Of a DNA stretch of 64,000 bases, positions 1 through 8,160 are shown piece after piece. How positions within the stretch are numbered: the first letter of the stretch is position 1; each line of letters begins with the position of its first letter. This stretch comes from Candidatus Omnitrophota bacterium. GTDB lineage: Bacteria; Omnitrophota; Omnitrophia; Omnitrophales; JACROU01. The notes beneath the pieces are model-generated. The model searched no databases. It saw only the letters and a program-made list of their open reading frames with translations, and had not been told where the DNA came from. The translations under genes were made by a program, and so were the position numbers. The stretch covers positions 301,126-365,125 of the forward strand of contig JAJDCD010000023.1 of NCBI GenBank assembly GCA_029261035.1. Reading direction: 5' to 3'.

Positions 1-2
1 GA

Positions 3-449
3 CAACCTTCTTATAAAAAAGATAAAATAGATACTATTATTTGTATGAATGTGTTGGAGCATATTAAGGATGATTTGTTTGCATTACGCCAGCTGCATTC
101 TATGTTAGAAGATGATGGGAAGTTATTGCTTTTGGTTCCTGCCCATCAATTTTTATTTGGGACCTTAGATACAGCCTTAGGGCATTTCCGCCGTTATAAT
201 CATAAAAATTTACCTCCGAAACTTATTCGTTCGGGGTTCGCAATTGAAAAAATGTTTTATTTTAATCGGTTTGCCACATTAGGTTGGTGGTTGAATGGAC
301 GTGTTTTAAAAAAAGAGATTCTTCCTGAAGGTCAACTGTCCCTTTTTGGACAGTTAGTTCCAGTGCTTTCTATTTTGGATAAAATCCTCGCTTTTCCTTT
401 TGGTATTTCTATTATTGCTGTTGCTCGTAAAGTAACAGTGAACTACTAG
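3..449 (+). CDS. Class I SAM-dependent methyltransferase, C-terminal part. The ORF runs off the 5' edge of the window.
   Basis: Frame 3 is open from position 3. It carries a ...DTIICMNVLEHIKDD... motif typical of the Methyltransf_11/23 C-terminal region. The annotated ATG at 45 is internal. Confidence 0.45.
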   Translation, partial: QPSYKKDKIDTIICMNVLEHIKDDLFALRQLHSMLEDDGKLLLLVPAHQFLFGTLDTALGHFRRYNHKNLPPKLIRSGFAIEKMFYFNRFATLGWWLNGRVLKKEILPEGQLSLFGQLVPVLSILDKILAFPFGISIIAVARKVTVNY

Positions 450-465
450 TATTGGAGTTCTTCTA

Positions 466-1731
466 ATGACAGATGACAACATAATAGAATTAACAATAGA
501 CGCTTTGGCTTATGGCGGAGAAGGCGTTGCTCGACATGACGGAAAAGTATATTTCGTTTTTGGAGCTCTTCCCGGAGAAACCGTAAAAGCTCGTCTTACT
601 CAAGAGAAAAAAAGTTTTAATCGTGCAGAAACCGTCGAAGTGGTGAAAGCTTCTCCAGATCGAGTGGAGCCACCGTGTGCTTATTTTGGGGAGTGTGGGG
701 GGTGTCAATTACAGCATTTGAATTATCATCAGCAAATCGTTTGGAAAGAGAAGTGGCTGAAAGACCTCATAGACAAAATAGGACATATCTCTGAAATTTC
801 TGTGGAGCCTCTGCAAGCTTCTCCTCGTGAGTATGAATATAGAAATCGAATTAGCTTAACGGTATCTCAAGATAGAAAAGGATCATTCCGGCAAGGCTTT
901 CTTTCTAGAGACAATAAGTCGTTGGTTCCTATTTCAGGATGTTCTATCGCGCACTCTTCCATCAATCAATTTATGAAAGAAGTTGCAGAGAAACGGCTTT
1001 TCCCAGAGATTGTTGGGCCCCATTTGCGGCACAAATTAAAGTTGGATATTGTGACAAATGAAGATGAAGTGCTTATTTTGCCATGGAGAAAAGTGCAGGA
1101 AAAAAGAAAGAGCAGATATACTTTTAAAGAGGATGAGATTCTTACTAAAAAAGTGGGACAGTATCAATTTTGTTTTTCTCCTCATGTTTTTTTTCAAACT
1201 AATTTTTACCTCACTCCTCAATTGCTGACAACGGTAGAAAGGTTCCTTTTTCACGGGAAAGAGGCTTCTCCAAGTGAAGAGTCGGCGCTATTTGATCTTT
1301 ATTCTGGAGTAGGACTTTTCGGAATATCTCTTTCGCCTTACGTTAAAAAAGTAGTTGGGTTAGAAGAAAATAAAGGTTCTCACCAATACGCTATTCATAA
1401 CATAAAGAAAAATAAGATCGAAAATGTATTGGCGTACTCCGGAAAAGTGGAAAGACAGTTCCCTAAATTATTCGAACGTCATAAACAAAAAAATAACTAC
1501 GTAATAGTGGATCCTCCTCGACAAGGGTTAGAAGCGGATTTAGTGGAAGCAATTAAAACCTTAAAAGAAGACATTCGGTCTATGGTTTATATTTCTTGCG
1601 AACCTTCCATTCTGGCAAGAGATCTGGATCGATTAAAAGAAGCAGGGTTTCACCCGAAACAAATAGCCCCATTCGACTTATTCCCACAAACGAAATTCTT
1701 CGAAACTATTGTCCTCTTAGAAAAGTCTTAG
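466..1731 (+). CDS. rlmD: 23S rRNA (uracil-5)-methyltransferase RlmD/RumA (TRAM domain, 4Fe-4S cluster and methyltransferase domain)
   Basis: N-terminal TRAM-like beta domain (GEGVARHDGKVYFVFGALPGETVKARL) and a Cys cluster (CAYFGECGGCQLQH). C-terminal motifs DPPRQGL and YISCEP are typical of RumA/TrmA-family methyltransferases. Confidence 0.8.
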   Translation: MTDDNIIELTIDALAYGGEGVARHDGKVYFVFGALPGETVKARLTQEKKSFNRAETVEVVKASPDRVEPPCAYFGECGGCQLQHLNYHQQIVWKEKWLKDLIDKIGHISEISVEPLQASPREYEYRNRISLTVSQDRKGSFRQGFLSRDNKSLVPISGCSIAHSSINQFMKEVAEKRLFPEIVGPHLRHKLKLDIVTNEDEVLILPWRKVQEKRKSRYTFKEDEILTKKVGQYQFCFSPHVFFQTNFYLTPQLLTTVERFLFHGKEASPSEESALFDLYSGVGLFGISLSPYVKKVVGLEENKGSHQYAIHNIKKNKIENVLAYSGKVERQFPKLFERHKQKNNYVIVDPPRQGLEADLVEAIKTLKEDIRSMVYISCEPSILARDLDRLKEAGFHPKQIAPFDLFPQTKFFETIVLLEKS

Positions 1732-1732
1732 C

Positions 1733-1803
1733 TTGTCATCCTGAACGGAGAGAAGGATTTTAGCCTCAGAGATTCTTCGTCGTTGCACTCCTCAGAATGA
1801 CAC
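1733..1803. repeat. Family B nested inverted-repeat element (about 70-95 bp)
   Basis: TTGTCATCCTGAACG ... GAAGGATTT ... AGATTCTTCGTCG ... CTCAGAATGACA. Confidence 0.8.
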
Positions 1804-1814
1804 TATACTGCTGT

Positions 1815-3179
1815 TTAGAGTTCTATAATGGGGTCAGGCTTATGAATCGCCAGAAACTGCCCCATAGAAGCATTTAGTTCTTCCTTAACACGGGTTAGTT
1901 TTCGACGGCTTTTAGTCTCGTACAAACACCAAGACTTAAAAGAACTGCGGACGAGATGGAGTTGATATAAATTCTTCCATTGTTTGGAAGGAATAGAATA
2001 AAGCCCTTTCAGCTCTTCGAATTTTCTCTTACTTTTCCACAACGGAATTCCTAAAAAAGAACTTCTTTTTTCTGCGATGTGACTTTCTGGAAAAAGGTGG
2101 ATAGAAGAGTGGCTTAGTATTGCGATTCCTAAAAAGACAGATGTTAGAGCGGGCATAAAATAAATCCAGTTCCAATTGTCTTTTTCTAGGAATGGAAATG
2201 AGATCCAAGGGAAGACACCCAATCGACTAACAAGTTCTGCAGTAGGATAAGGGAAGAAGCTTAAAAATAAAGAAACAAAAAACATCAGAGCAATAATTAA
2301 GTGAAGTTTAAAAGAAAAAGAGGGTGAAGATACAACACTATCTTTTTCAATGCGTACATGGGGCTTTGGAAGCAGAGGGGCTTTAAGTTTCAATTTGTAT
2401 TTTGCTTTACTCATCTCTTTTGTGATTTTTCTTTGCACTTTTTTAATAGGAACATCGTGTTGAAATTCTCCGTGCGAAGCAATGGAAACCTCTCCGGTAT
2501 CGCCAGAAACAATAATCACAAGAGCATCTGTTTTTTCAGACAAACCTAATCCAGCGCGATACCGAGCTCCTAAAGATTCTGAAACTTCATGATTTTCCGA
2601 TTCGGGAAACACACAACGACAAGCTGCAATTCGTTGATGGGCGATGATAACCCCACCTTCATGAGTAGGAGCGTCCGGAGTAAAAAGGGAAGAAAGAACT
2701 TCTTTTGTAATTTCCCCCTTAACTAAAATTCCAGATTCAATATATTTAGAGAGAGAAATGTGTCTTTCAATAGCAATTAAAGCACCGGTCTTATTTTTAG
2801 AAAGCAATTTTACTGTTTGTTGAATTTCGGAGGCAACCCGAGAGAAAAAAAGTTTTCCAATATATTCTTTTCTCTTTCTTTCAAATCCATGAATGAAAGG
2901 ACTAATAACAAAAAAACCCATTACTAAAGAGACCAACAAAATTCGCTTCTCATTTGTTTGTTGCCACAGATCAAATTCCCAAATAATAGGAGCGAGAAAA
3001 ACAGCAGAAGAAGCTATCAAAAGAAGTGGAGTGATCCACGTTTTACGAGTCAGAATATAGCGAGTACAAAAAAGGGCTACCAATAAGGTAATAAGGCACT
3101 GAATCCCTAACGTATAATTTGGATTACTAAAAGACCATGTTTCAAGCGTCATTCTAAACAATCTCCTTTTCAAATCCAT
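1815..3179 (-). CDS. dacA: Membrane-anchored diadenylate cyclase (c-di-AMP synthase, DacA/CdaA type) with an extra C-terminal transmembrane region
   Basis: N-terminal transmembrane helices are followed by a DAC/DisA_N core (ALIAIERH..., HEGGVIIA, GARYRAGLG, equivalent to DGA/RHR motifs). The roughly 170-aa C-terminal extension carries more transmembrane segments. Confidence 0.7.
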   Translation of the reverse strand: MDLKRRLFRMTLETWSFSNPNYTLGIQCLITLLVALFCTRYILTRKTWITPLLLIASSAVFLAPIIWEFDLWQQTNEKRILLVSLVMGFFVISPFIHGFERKRKEYIGKLFFSRVASEIQQTVKLLSKNKTGALIAIERHISLSKYIESGILVKGEITKEVLSSLFTPDAPTHEGGVIIAHQRIAACRCVFPESENHEVSESLGARYRAGLGLSEKTDALVIIVSGDTGEVSIASHGEFQHDVPIKKVQRKITKEMSKAKYKLKLKAPLLPKPHVRIEKDSVVSSPSFSFKLHLIIALMFFVSLFLSFFPYPTAELVSRLGVFPWISFPFLEKDNWNWIYFMPALTSVFLGIAILSHSSIHLFPESHIAEKRSSFLGIPLWKSKRKFEELKGLYSIPSKQWKNLYQLHLVRSSFKSWCLYETKSRRKLTRVKEELNASMGQFLAIHKPDPIIEL

Positions 3180-3484
3180 TATATCGTCTAAACAGCTATG
3201 AATGTTTAATTTAACCTTTTAATTGTGATTCTGAGTGCAGCCGAAGGCCCTTGAGAAAGGAACTATCTGTGCCACCCCCTCCTTAGAGAGGAGAGGGGAT
3301 TTGGTCTAGGGCTCCTTGATTTCGTGGTTATGGGAGCTTTACTAGGGGTTTCCTCGTTTTTCCCCTTGAAAGGCGGGGGGTGTAGGCGTATACTAACCTA
3401 TCTTTAGATATGGATATCTTGCCGGTTTATCTCAAGGTTTTTGAGGTTTTTAATTAACAATTAAATAATAAGGGAGTACAAGAG

Positions 3485-3946
3485 ATGAGTATTAGAAAAA
3501 TGGTTTTATTTCTTGTCGTTGGAGCACTTTCTTTAGGTGTTTCAGGGTGTGTTAGTAATGCAAAATATAATAAAAATACCAATTTAATGCGTTCTCAATT
3601 ACAACTACTTCAAACAGATATTGATAGTTTGAGAACAGGACAACAAAAAGTTGAAGACAACTTGTTAGAAGTCTCTAAAACAAGCTCTTCAAGTGCAGTT
3701 ATTTCTGACACAAAAGAAATTTACCGTACTCCTTCTGGATTCACCCTTGCTTCTCGTGACATCCAAGCAGCTTTAAAAAATTCTGGGTACTACAATGGCC
3801 CTGTTGATGGAAAAATTGGTCCTTTAACAAAAACATCTCTCAAACGTTTCCAAGAAGATAACGGTTTAGTTCCTGATGGTGTTTGTGGTCGTAACACATG
3901 GGACAAGTTAAATGCATTTCTTCAAAGTCCTTCTCGCGTAAAATAA
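3485..3946 (+). CDS. Lipoprotein with a C-terminal peptidoglycan-binding (PG_binding_1-like) domain
   Basis: Signal peptide plus lipobox (LSLGVSGC). C-terminal GYYNGPVDGKIGPLTKTSLKRFQEDNGLVPDGVCG resembles a peptidoglycan-binding domain. Confidence 0.5.
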   Translation: MSIRKMVLFLVVGALSLGVSGCVSNAKYNKNTNLMRSQLQLLQTDIDSLRTGQQKVEDNLLEVSKTSSSSAVISDTKEIYRTPSGFTLASRDIQAALKNSGYYNGPVDGKIGPLTKTSLKRFQEDNGLVPDGVCGRNTWDKLNAFLQSPSRVK

Positions 3947-4028
3947 TTTTTAAGTTTGTCTTAAGAGACTTGAGGAATAAGTGTTTAAACTCATCCTCAA
4001 GTCTTTGGACATTAGTTTGGAGTATTAG

Positions 4029-4739
4029 ATGAAAACTATTTTTATTCGTTTCTCTTTATTTGTTCTTCCCTTAATTTTTCTTACCACAGGTTGTTCCTCT
4101 ACAAAATCTCAGTTGGAATATGAAAATACACTTCTTAAAGGACGCATCTCTCAGTTAGAGCGTTTACATCAAGATGACCTTAGAAGAACCAAGATTGATA
4201 AGGAATTACAAATTAATTCGTTAAAGTCTAGTAACCGTGGTTTGATGGATAAAGCATCCGGACTTGAGTTATCCAGAGATGAGTTAGCACGATCTTTGGC
4301 TCAAGAAATAGCGGGTTATCAAGCTAAATTGGAGCTTTCCAACCGAGGGCTCGTAGTTACTTTCTTACAAGATATCCTATTTGACTCTGGAAAAGCTGAG
4401 ATTAAAGAGGGTGCTTTTTCTGCCCTTTCTAATGTGGCGGGAGTTATTCGAGATAAAGCAAAAGACCATATGTTGGTTATCGAAGGATATACAGACAACA
4501 CTCCAATCAGGCATTCTAATTGGAAAACAAATTGGGATTTGTCTTCAGCAAGAGCGTTGAGTGTTTTTCATTATTTTGTTGAAAAAGAATCTATCGATCC
4601 TAGTCGCTTATCTGTGATGGGTAATGGCTCTAATCGTCCTCTAGCTTCGAATGATGATGCCGCAGGACGAAAACAAAATCGACGTGTTGAAATCGTAATT
4701 TTTCCTGAAAAAATAAAGCGCGTTGCAGCAGTAAGATAA
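4029..4739 (+). CDS. OmpA/MotB-family peptidoglycan-associated lipoprotein (Pal-like) with a coiled-coil linker
   Basis: Lipobox (LTTGCSS). C-terminal OmpA-like domain (GYTDNTP...SSARALSV...NRRVEIVIF). Confidence 0.75.
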   Translation: MKTIFIRFSLFVLPLIFLTTGCSSTKSQLEYENTLLKGRISQLERLHQDDLRRTKIDKELQINSLKSSNRGLMDKASGLELSRDELARSLAQEIAGYQAKLELSNRGLVVTFLQDILFDSGKAEIKEGAFSALSNVAGVIRDKAKDHMLVIEGYTDNTPIRHSNWKTNWDLSSARALSVFHYFVEKESIDPSRLSVMGNGSNRPLASNDDAAGRKQNRRVEIVIFPEKIKRVAAVR

Positions 4740-4768
4740 AAATATTTTTTGTTCAGAGTGTGATAGTC

Positions 4769-4885
4769 CTGTCATTGCGAGACTTCAACAATAAGGTCGC
4801 GGTAATCTCATACATCGGAAAGATAGAAGCAAAACCGTTTGCATGAGATTGCCACGGCCCTTATGCAGTAGCCTCGCAATGACGG
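4769..4885. repeat. Family A nested inverted-repeat element (about 115 bp, MITE/REP-like)
   Basis: Outer arms GTCATTGCGAG / CTCGCAATGAC. Inner arms GCGGTAATCTCAT / ATGAGATTGCCACGGC. Confidence 0.8.
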
Positions 4886-4952
4886 ATGCTCATGCTGCTA
4901 AAATAATGGATAGGCGGGTTTATTTAAACCCGCCTTTTTCTGTTGAGGCCTT

Positions 4953-6794
4953 ATGAAAAAACCTCTTTTGATTTTTGATGGGGCATGCCACTTTTGTTGT
5001 CGGTGGATTCAGTATTGGAAACGTTTAACAGAACCCCATATTAATTTTGCCCCCTATCAAGATGTGTCTTCGGAATATCCTCAGATTGAAAAAGAACAAT
5101 TCAAACAATCTATTATTTTAATTGATGAAACAGGGGCTTCTTACAAAGCTGCGCATGCTGTTTTTAAAATGCTGTCACGAGTGAAAAAGAAGCCATGGCT
5201 TCTAAACTTGTATTACCGACTTCCTGGGTTTAAGCAGGTATCCGAATTTGCCTACCAAGTTGTTGCTCGCTTTAGACCTTTCTTCTCTTTATGCACCGAT
5301 CTTTTTTGGGGAAAAGATGTAGGCCCTTTCAGTTACTCATCTGCGGCATGGCTTTTTTTAAGGGTCATGGGATTAATTTATGCGATTGCCTTTATATCCT
5401 TAGGAACTCAGATTTTGGGGTTGGTTGGGGCGGAGGGGATATTGCCCGTTAATTTATTGCTAGAGGCGGTTGAAACGCAGATGGGACTAGAGAAGTATCT
5501 GTTTTTCCCTACGCTGCTTTGGGTGAATACAAGTGATGCTTTTCTGCTTATTTTATGTTTTGGAGGAGCTATTTTATCCCTTTTATTGGCGTATGGTTTT
5601 GCTCCTGTTTTATTGTCCTTTGTGGTGTGGTTTTTTTATCTTTCTTTAACGGTGGCTGGGGGTGAGTTTTTAACATTTCAATGGGATATTTTGTTATTAG
5701 AAACAGGATTTTTAACTATTCTTTTAAGTTCTTTTCACCTTTCACCAAAGAAAGCTTCCGATCTTAATTATTCCATAGCTATTATTTGGTTGTTTCGGCT
5801 GTTGCTTTTTAAACTTATGTTTTTATCAGGGTCTGTAAAGTTATTGAGCGGAGATATTTCGTGGCAAAACCTGACAGCTCTTCTTTTTCATTATGAGACA
5901 CAACCCTTACCCACTGTATTGGGATGGTATGCGCATCAGTTGCCTGTATGGTTTCAAAAAATTTCTGTAGTTCTTATGTTTGTGATTGAATTAATAGTAC
6001 CTTTCTTTATTTTTGGGCCGAGAAGATTACGTTTAATTGCAGCGAGCTTATTTATCTTTTTCCAAATTTTAATTATGCTCACCGGAAACTATTGTTTTTT
6101 TAACTTGCTAGCGATTGCTTTATGCCTTTTTCTAATCGATGATGACTTCTTCAAAGGGGCCAGGCCCTTTAGGGGCCTGGCCCCTTTGACGGAGGGGGTT
6201 GGGCGGAAAAAATCAGGGGTATGGCCTCAATGGGTTATTCGACCTTTTTTTATTTTAGTTTTGCTTGTAACGATGTCTCAGTTTACAACTTTATTTAGAA
6301 TTTCGATTCCTTTTTCTCAACCCTTGATGATTGTTCGAGGTATTTTATCCCCTTTCTATATTACGAATACTTATGGACTGTTCTCGGTGATGACTCAGGG
6401 GAGGCCTGAGATTGAGGTTGAGGGATCTCGAGATGGAACACAATGGTTTCCGTATAAATTTAAATATAAACCAGATGATTTATCACAGAGGCCTCGCTTT
6501 ACCTTATTTCATCAACCTCGGCTTGATTGGCAGCTGTGGTTTGCGGCGTTAGGGCGTTTTCAAGATAATCCTTGGTTTTTTAATTTTTGTTCCCGTTTGC
6601 TGCAAGGTTCTCCAGAGGTTTTGAAGTTATTAGAAGAAAATCCTTTTGAGGAGCGCCCTCCTCGGTATGTGAGAGCTAGTCTTTACCAGTACCGTTTTTC
6701 TAATTTTAAAATAAAAGAAAAAACAGGAAATTGGTGGCAACGAGAATATCTAGGCAGGTACTCTCCCATCCTTCCTCCTATAGATAAATCATAG
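4953..6794 (+). CDS. Fusion protein: DCC1-like thiol-disulfide oxidoreductase (DUF393) N-terminus joined to a polytopic HTTM/lipase-maturation-factor-like membrane domain
   Basis: N-terminal LLIFDGACHFCCRWI (the FDGxCxxC motif of DUF393). It is followed by more than 8 predicted transmembrane helices and a C-terminal W-rich segment (WQLWFAALGRFQDNPWF), as in LMF/HTTM proteins. A GC-rich palindrome is inserted in-frame at 6154-6188. Confidence 0.5.
   Translation: MKKPLLIFDGACHFCCRWIQYWKRLTEPHINFAPYQDVSSEYPQIEKEQFKQSIILIDETGASYKAAHAVFKMLSRVKKKPWLLNLYYRLPGFKQVSEFAYQVVARFRPFFSLCTDLFWGKDVGPFSYSSAAWLFLRVMGLIYAIAFISLGTQILGLVGAEGILPVNLLLEAVETQMGLEKYLFFPTLLWVNTSDAFLLILCFGGAILSLLLAYGFAPVLLSFVVWFFYLSLTVAGGEFLTFQWDILLLETGFLTILLSSFHLSPKKASDLNYSIAIIWLFRLLLFKLMFLSGSVKLLSGDISWQNLTALLFHYETQPLPTVLGWYAHQLPVWFQKISVVLMFVIELIVPFFIFGPRRLRLIAASLFIFFQILIMLTGNYCFFNLLAIALCLFLIDDDFFKGARPFRGLAPLTEGVGRKKSGVWPQWVIRPFFILVLLVTMSQFTTLFRISIPFSQPLMIVRGILSPFYITNTYGLFSVMTQGRPEIEVEGSRDGTQWFPYKFKYKPDDLSQRPRFTLFHQPRLDWQLWFAALGRFQDNPWFFNFCSRLLQGSPEVLKLLEENPFEERPPRYVRASLYQYRFSNFKIKEKTGNWWQREYLGRYSPILPPIDKS
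6154..6188. repeat. Family E GC-rich palindrome inserted in-frame inside the DCC1/LMF-like CDS
   Basis: AAAGGGGCCAGGCCCTTTAGGGGCCTGGCCCCTTT. It encodes ...KGARPFRGLAPL.... Confidence 0.75.
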
Positions 6795-6814
6795 AGCGAG
6801 ATTCTATTATAGGA

Positions 6815-6899
6815 ATGTCATCCTGAGTGTAAGGAAGGATCTAAGACAAATTTTAAAGTCATTATAGATTTCTCGTCGTTATAATCCTCAAAATGACAA
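6815..6899. repeat. Family B element
   Basis: TGTCATCCTGAG ... GGAAGGATCT ... GATTTCTCGTCG ... CTCAAAATGACA. Confidence 0.75.
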
Positions 6900-6905
6900 T
6901 AAAAA

Positions 6906-7742
6906 ATGGCATTAAGCATTACAGAAAAGGAAATTATGAATCTTCGTGTTGTTTCATTAAATTGTTGGAGCGAAGGGAAAGACTATGAAAAACGATGGCC
7001 TTTTCTTATTGAGCAATTAATCGGGTTAAAGCCGGATGTTATTTGTCTTCAAGAAGTATTTGAAAGAAGCAAAGCTATTTTAATCCAAAAAGCTCTTAAG
7101 CTACCAACGTTAGTTTATTCGAAAGATAAAGGAGGGCTTTGTCTCCTAAGTCGTTTTCCAAAAGAAAAGAGTAGCACCCATTCTTTAAAAACAATTTCTC
7201 CTATAGAAAAAGAGTCTCGTTTTGTATTGTGGGCACAACTTAAAATCAAAAGACAGAATTTTGATTTCTATGTTACTCATTTAACTTGGCGCCCTAAGGA
7301 AGCTTTTATTCGCCAAAAACAAGTTTTAGAGCTAACTCAATGGATAGAGCAAAAGAATGAAGGGGTCAAACGGGCTGTGCTGACGGGGGATATGAATTCT
7401 ATTTCCACATCCGATGAAATGTTATTTTTGATTGGGCGAAAGAGTTTAGGCTCGGTTTCAATAGCAAATCCATGGAAAGACTCCTTTGCTGAAAAGCACC
7501 AACTTTATGAGAATAAAAATAAAATAAAAGAAAACAAGAAAACACATACTTGGTCCTATGACAATAAATACACACACCGTGCAGATTTACCCGCAAGACG
7601 GATTGATTATTTATATTATTGGTTGCCGGAAACAGAAAAATCCGTTAAATTAAAACAATCTCAAAGGTGTTTTACAGATAAGCACCCAGAAGGTTTTTGT
7701 GCTTCGGATCATTTTGGTGTTGTGACCGATTTTGAGATGTAG
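6906..7742 (+). CDS. Endonuclease/exonuclease/phosphatase (EEP) family protein
   Basis: VVSLNCWSEG, CLQEV, GDMNS and a C-terminal SDHFGV match EEP catalytic motifs. Confidence 0.6.
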   Translation: MALSITEKEIMNLRVVSLNCWSEGKDYEKRWPFLIEQLIGLKPDVICLQEVFERSKAILIQKALKLPTLVYSKDKGGLCLLSRFPKEKSSTHSLKTISPIEKESRFVLWAQLKIKRQNFDFYVTHLTWRPKEAFIRQKQVLELTQWIEQKNEGVKRAVLTGDMNSISTSDEMLFLIGRKSLGSVSIANPWKDSFAEKHQLYENKNKIKENKKTHTWSYDNKYTHRADLPARRIDYLYYWLPETEKSVKLKQSQRCFTDKHPEGFCASDHFGVVTDFEM

Positions 7743-7778
7743 CAACAAGAAACGAGTCTTTTTAACCATAGGAAATAG

Positions 7779-8156
7779 ATGAAACAACATACAATCTTAT
7801 TTTTAGCTTTATGGATGCCTTTGATGTTCGGCTGCCAAACCTTGCAGCCTGTAAGTGAAAGTGCTTTTCCAAAATTTAAAATTGAGAAGGATAGTGTTGT
7901 TAAGGTGTTTTCTGGAACCCCAGAGATTTTATATCCAAAAGCTATGGAAGCGGTGCGTTTTAGAGGGGTTGTCACAAAGCAGTATAAAGAGCTCGGAGAA
8001 TTTGAAGCTTTGATCGAAAATATTAATGTACGCGTACGTATTCAAAGCGTTTCTGATTCTTCCAGTCAGATTAAAGTATCTGCCAGAAAAGATTTAATTC
8101 CTCAGATTAAAACGGCAGAAAATATTCTAACTGTCATTGCTAGCCAAATAAAGTAA
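7779..8156 (+). CDS. Hypothetical lipoprotein
   Basis: Signal peptide with lipobox (LMFGCQT). No recognisable domain. Confidence 0.35.
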   Translation: MKQHTILFLALWMPLMFGCQTLQPVSESAFPKFKIEKDSVVKVFSGTPEILYPKAMEAVRFRGVVTKQYKELGEFEALIENINVRVRIQSVSDSSSQIKVSARKDLIPQIKTAENILTVIASQIK

Positions 8157-8160
8157 ACAG

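Noticed and set aside
490-708. Numerous short ORFs of 60-110 aa antisense to or overlapping strong CDSs. Examples: 490-708, 1036-1254, 2358-2549, 4319-4501, 7399-7596, 9916-10107, 13617-13883, 20482-20679, 31402-31626, 36231-36500, 39304-40432, 50126-50725, 53306-53539 and 54085-54489.
   Set aside because: Each lies entirely inside a longer ORF that has clear family motifs, and none has a recognisable domain. They are typical AT-rich-genome shadow ORFs.
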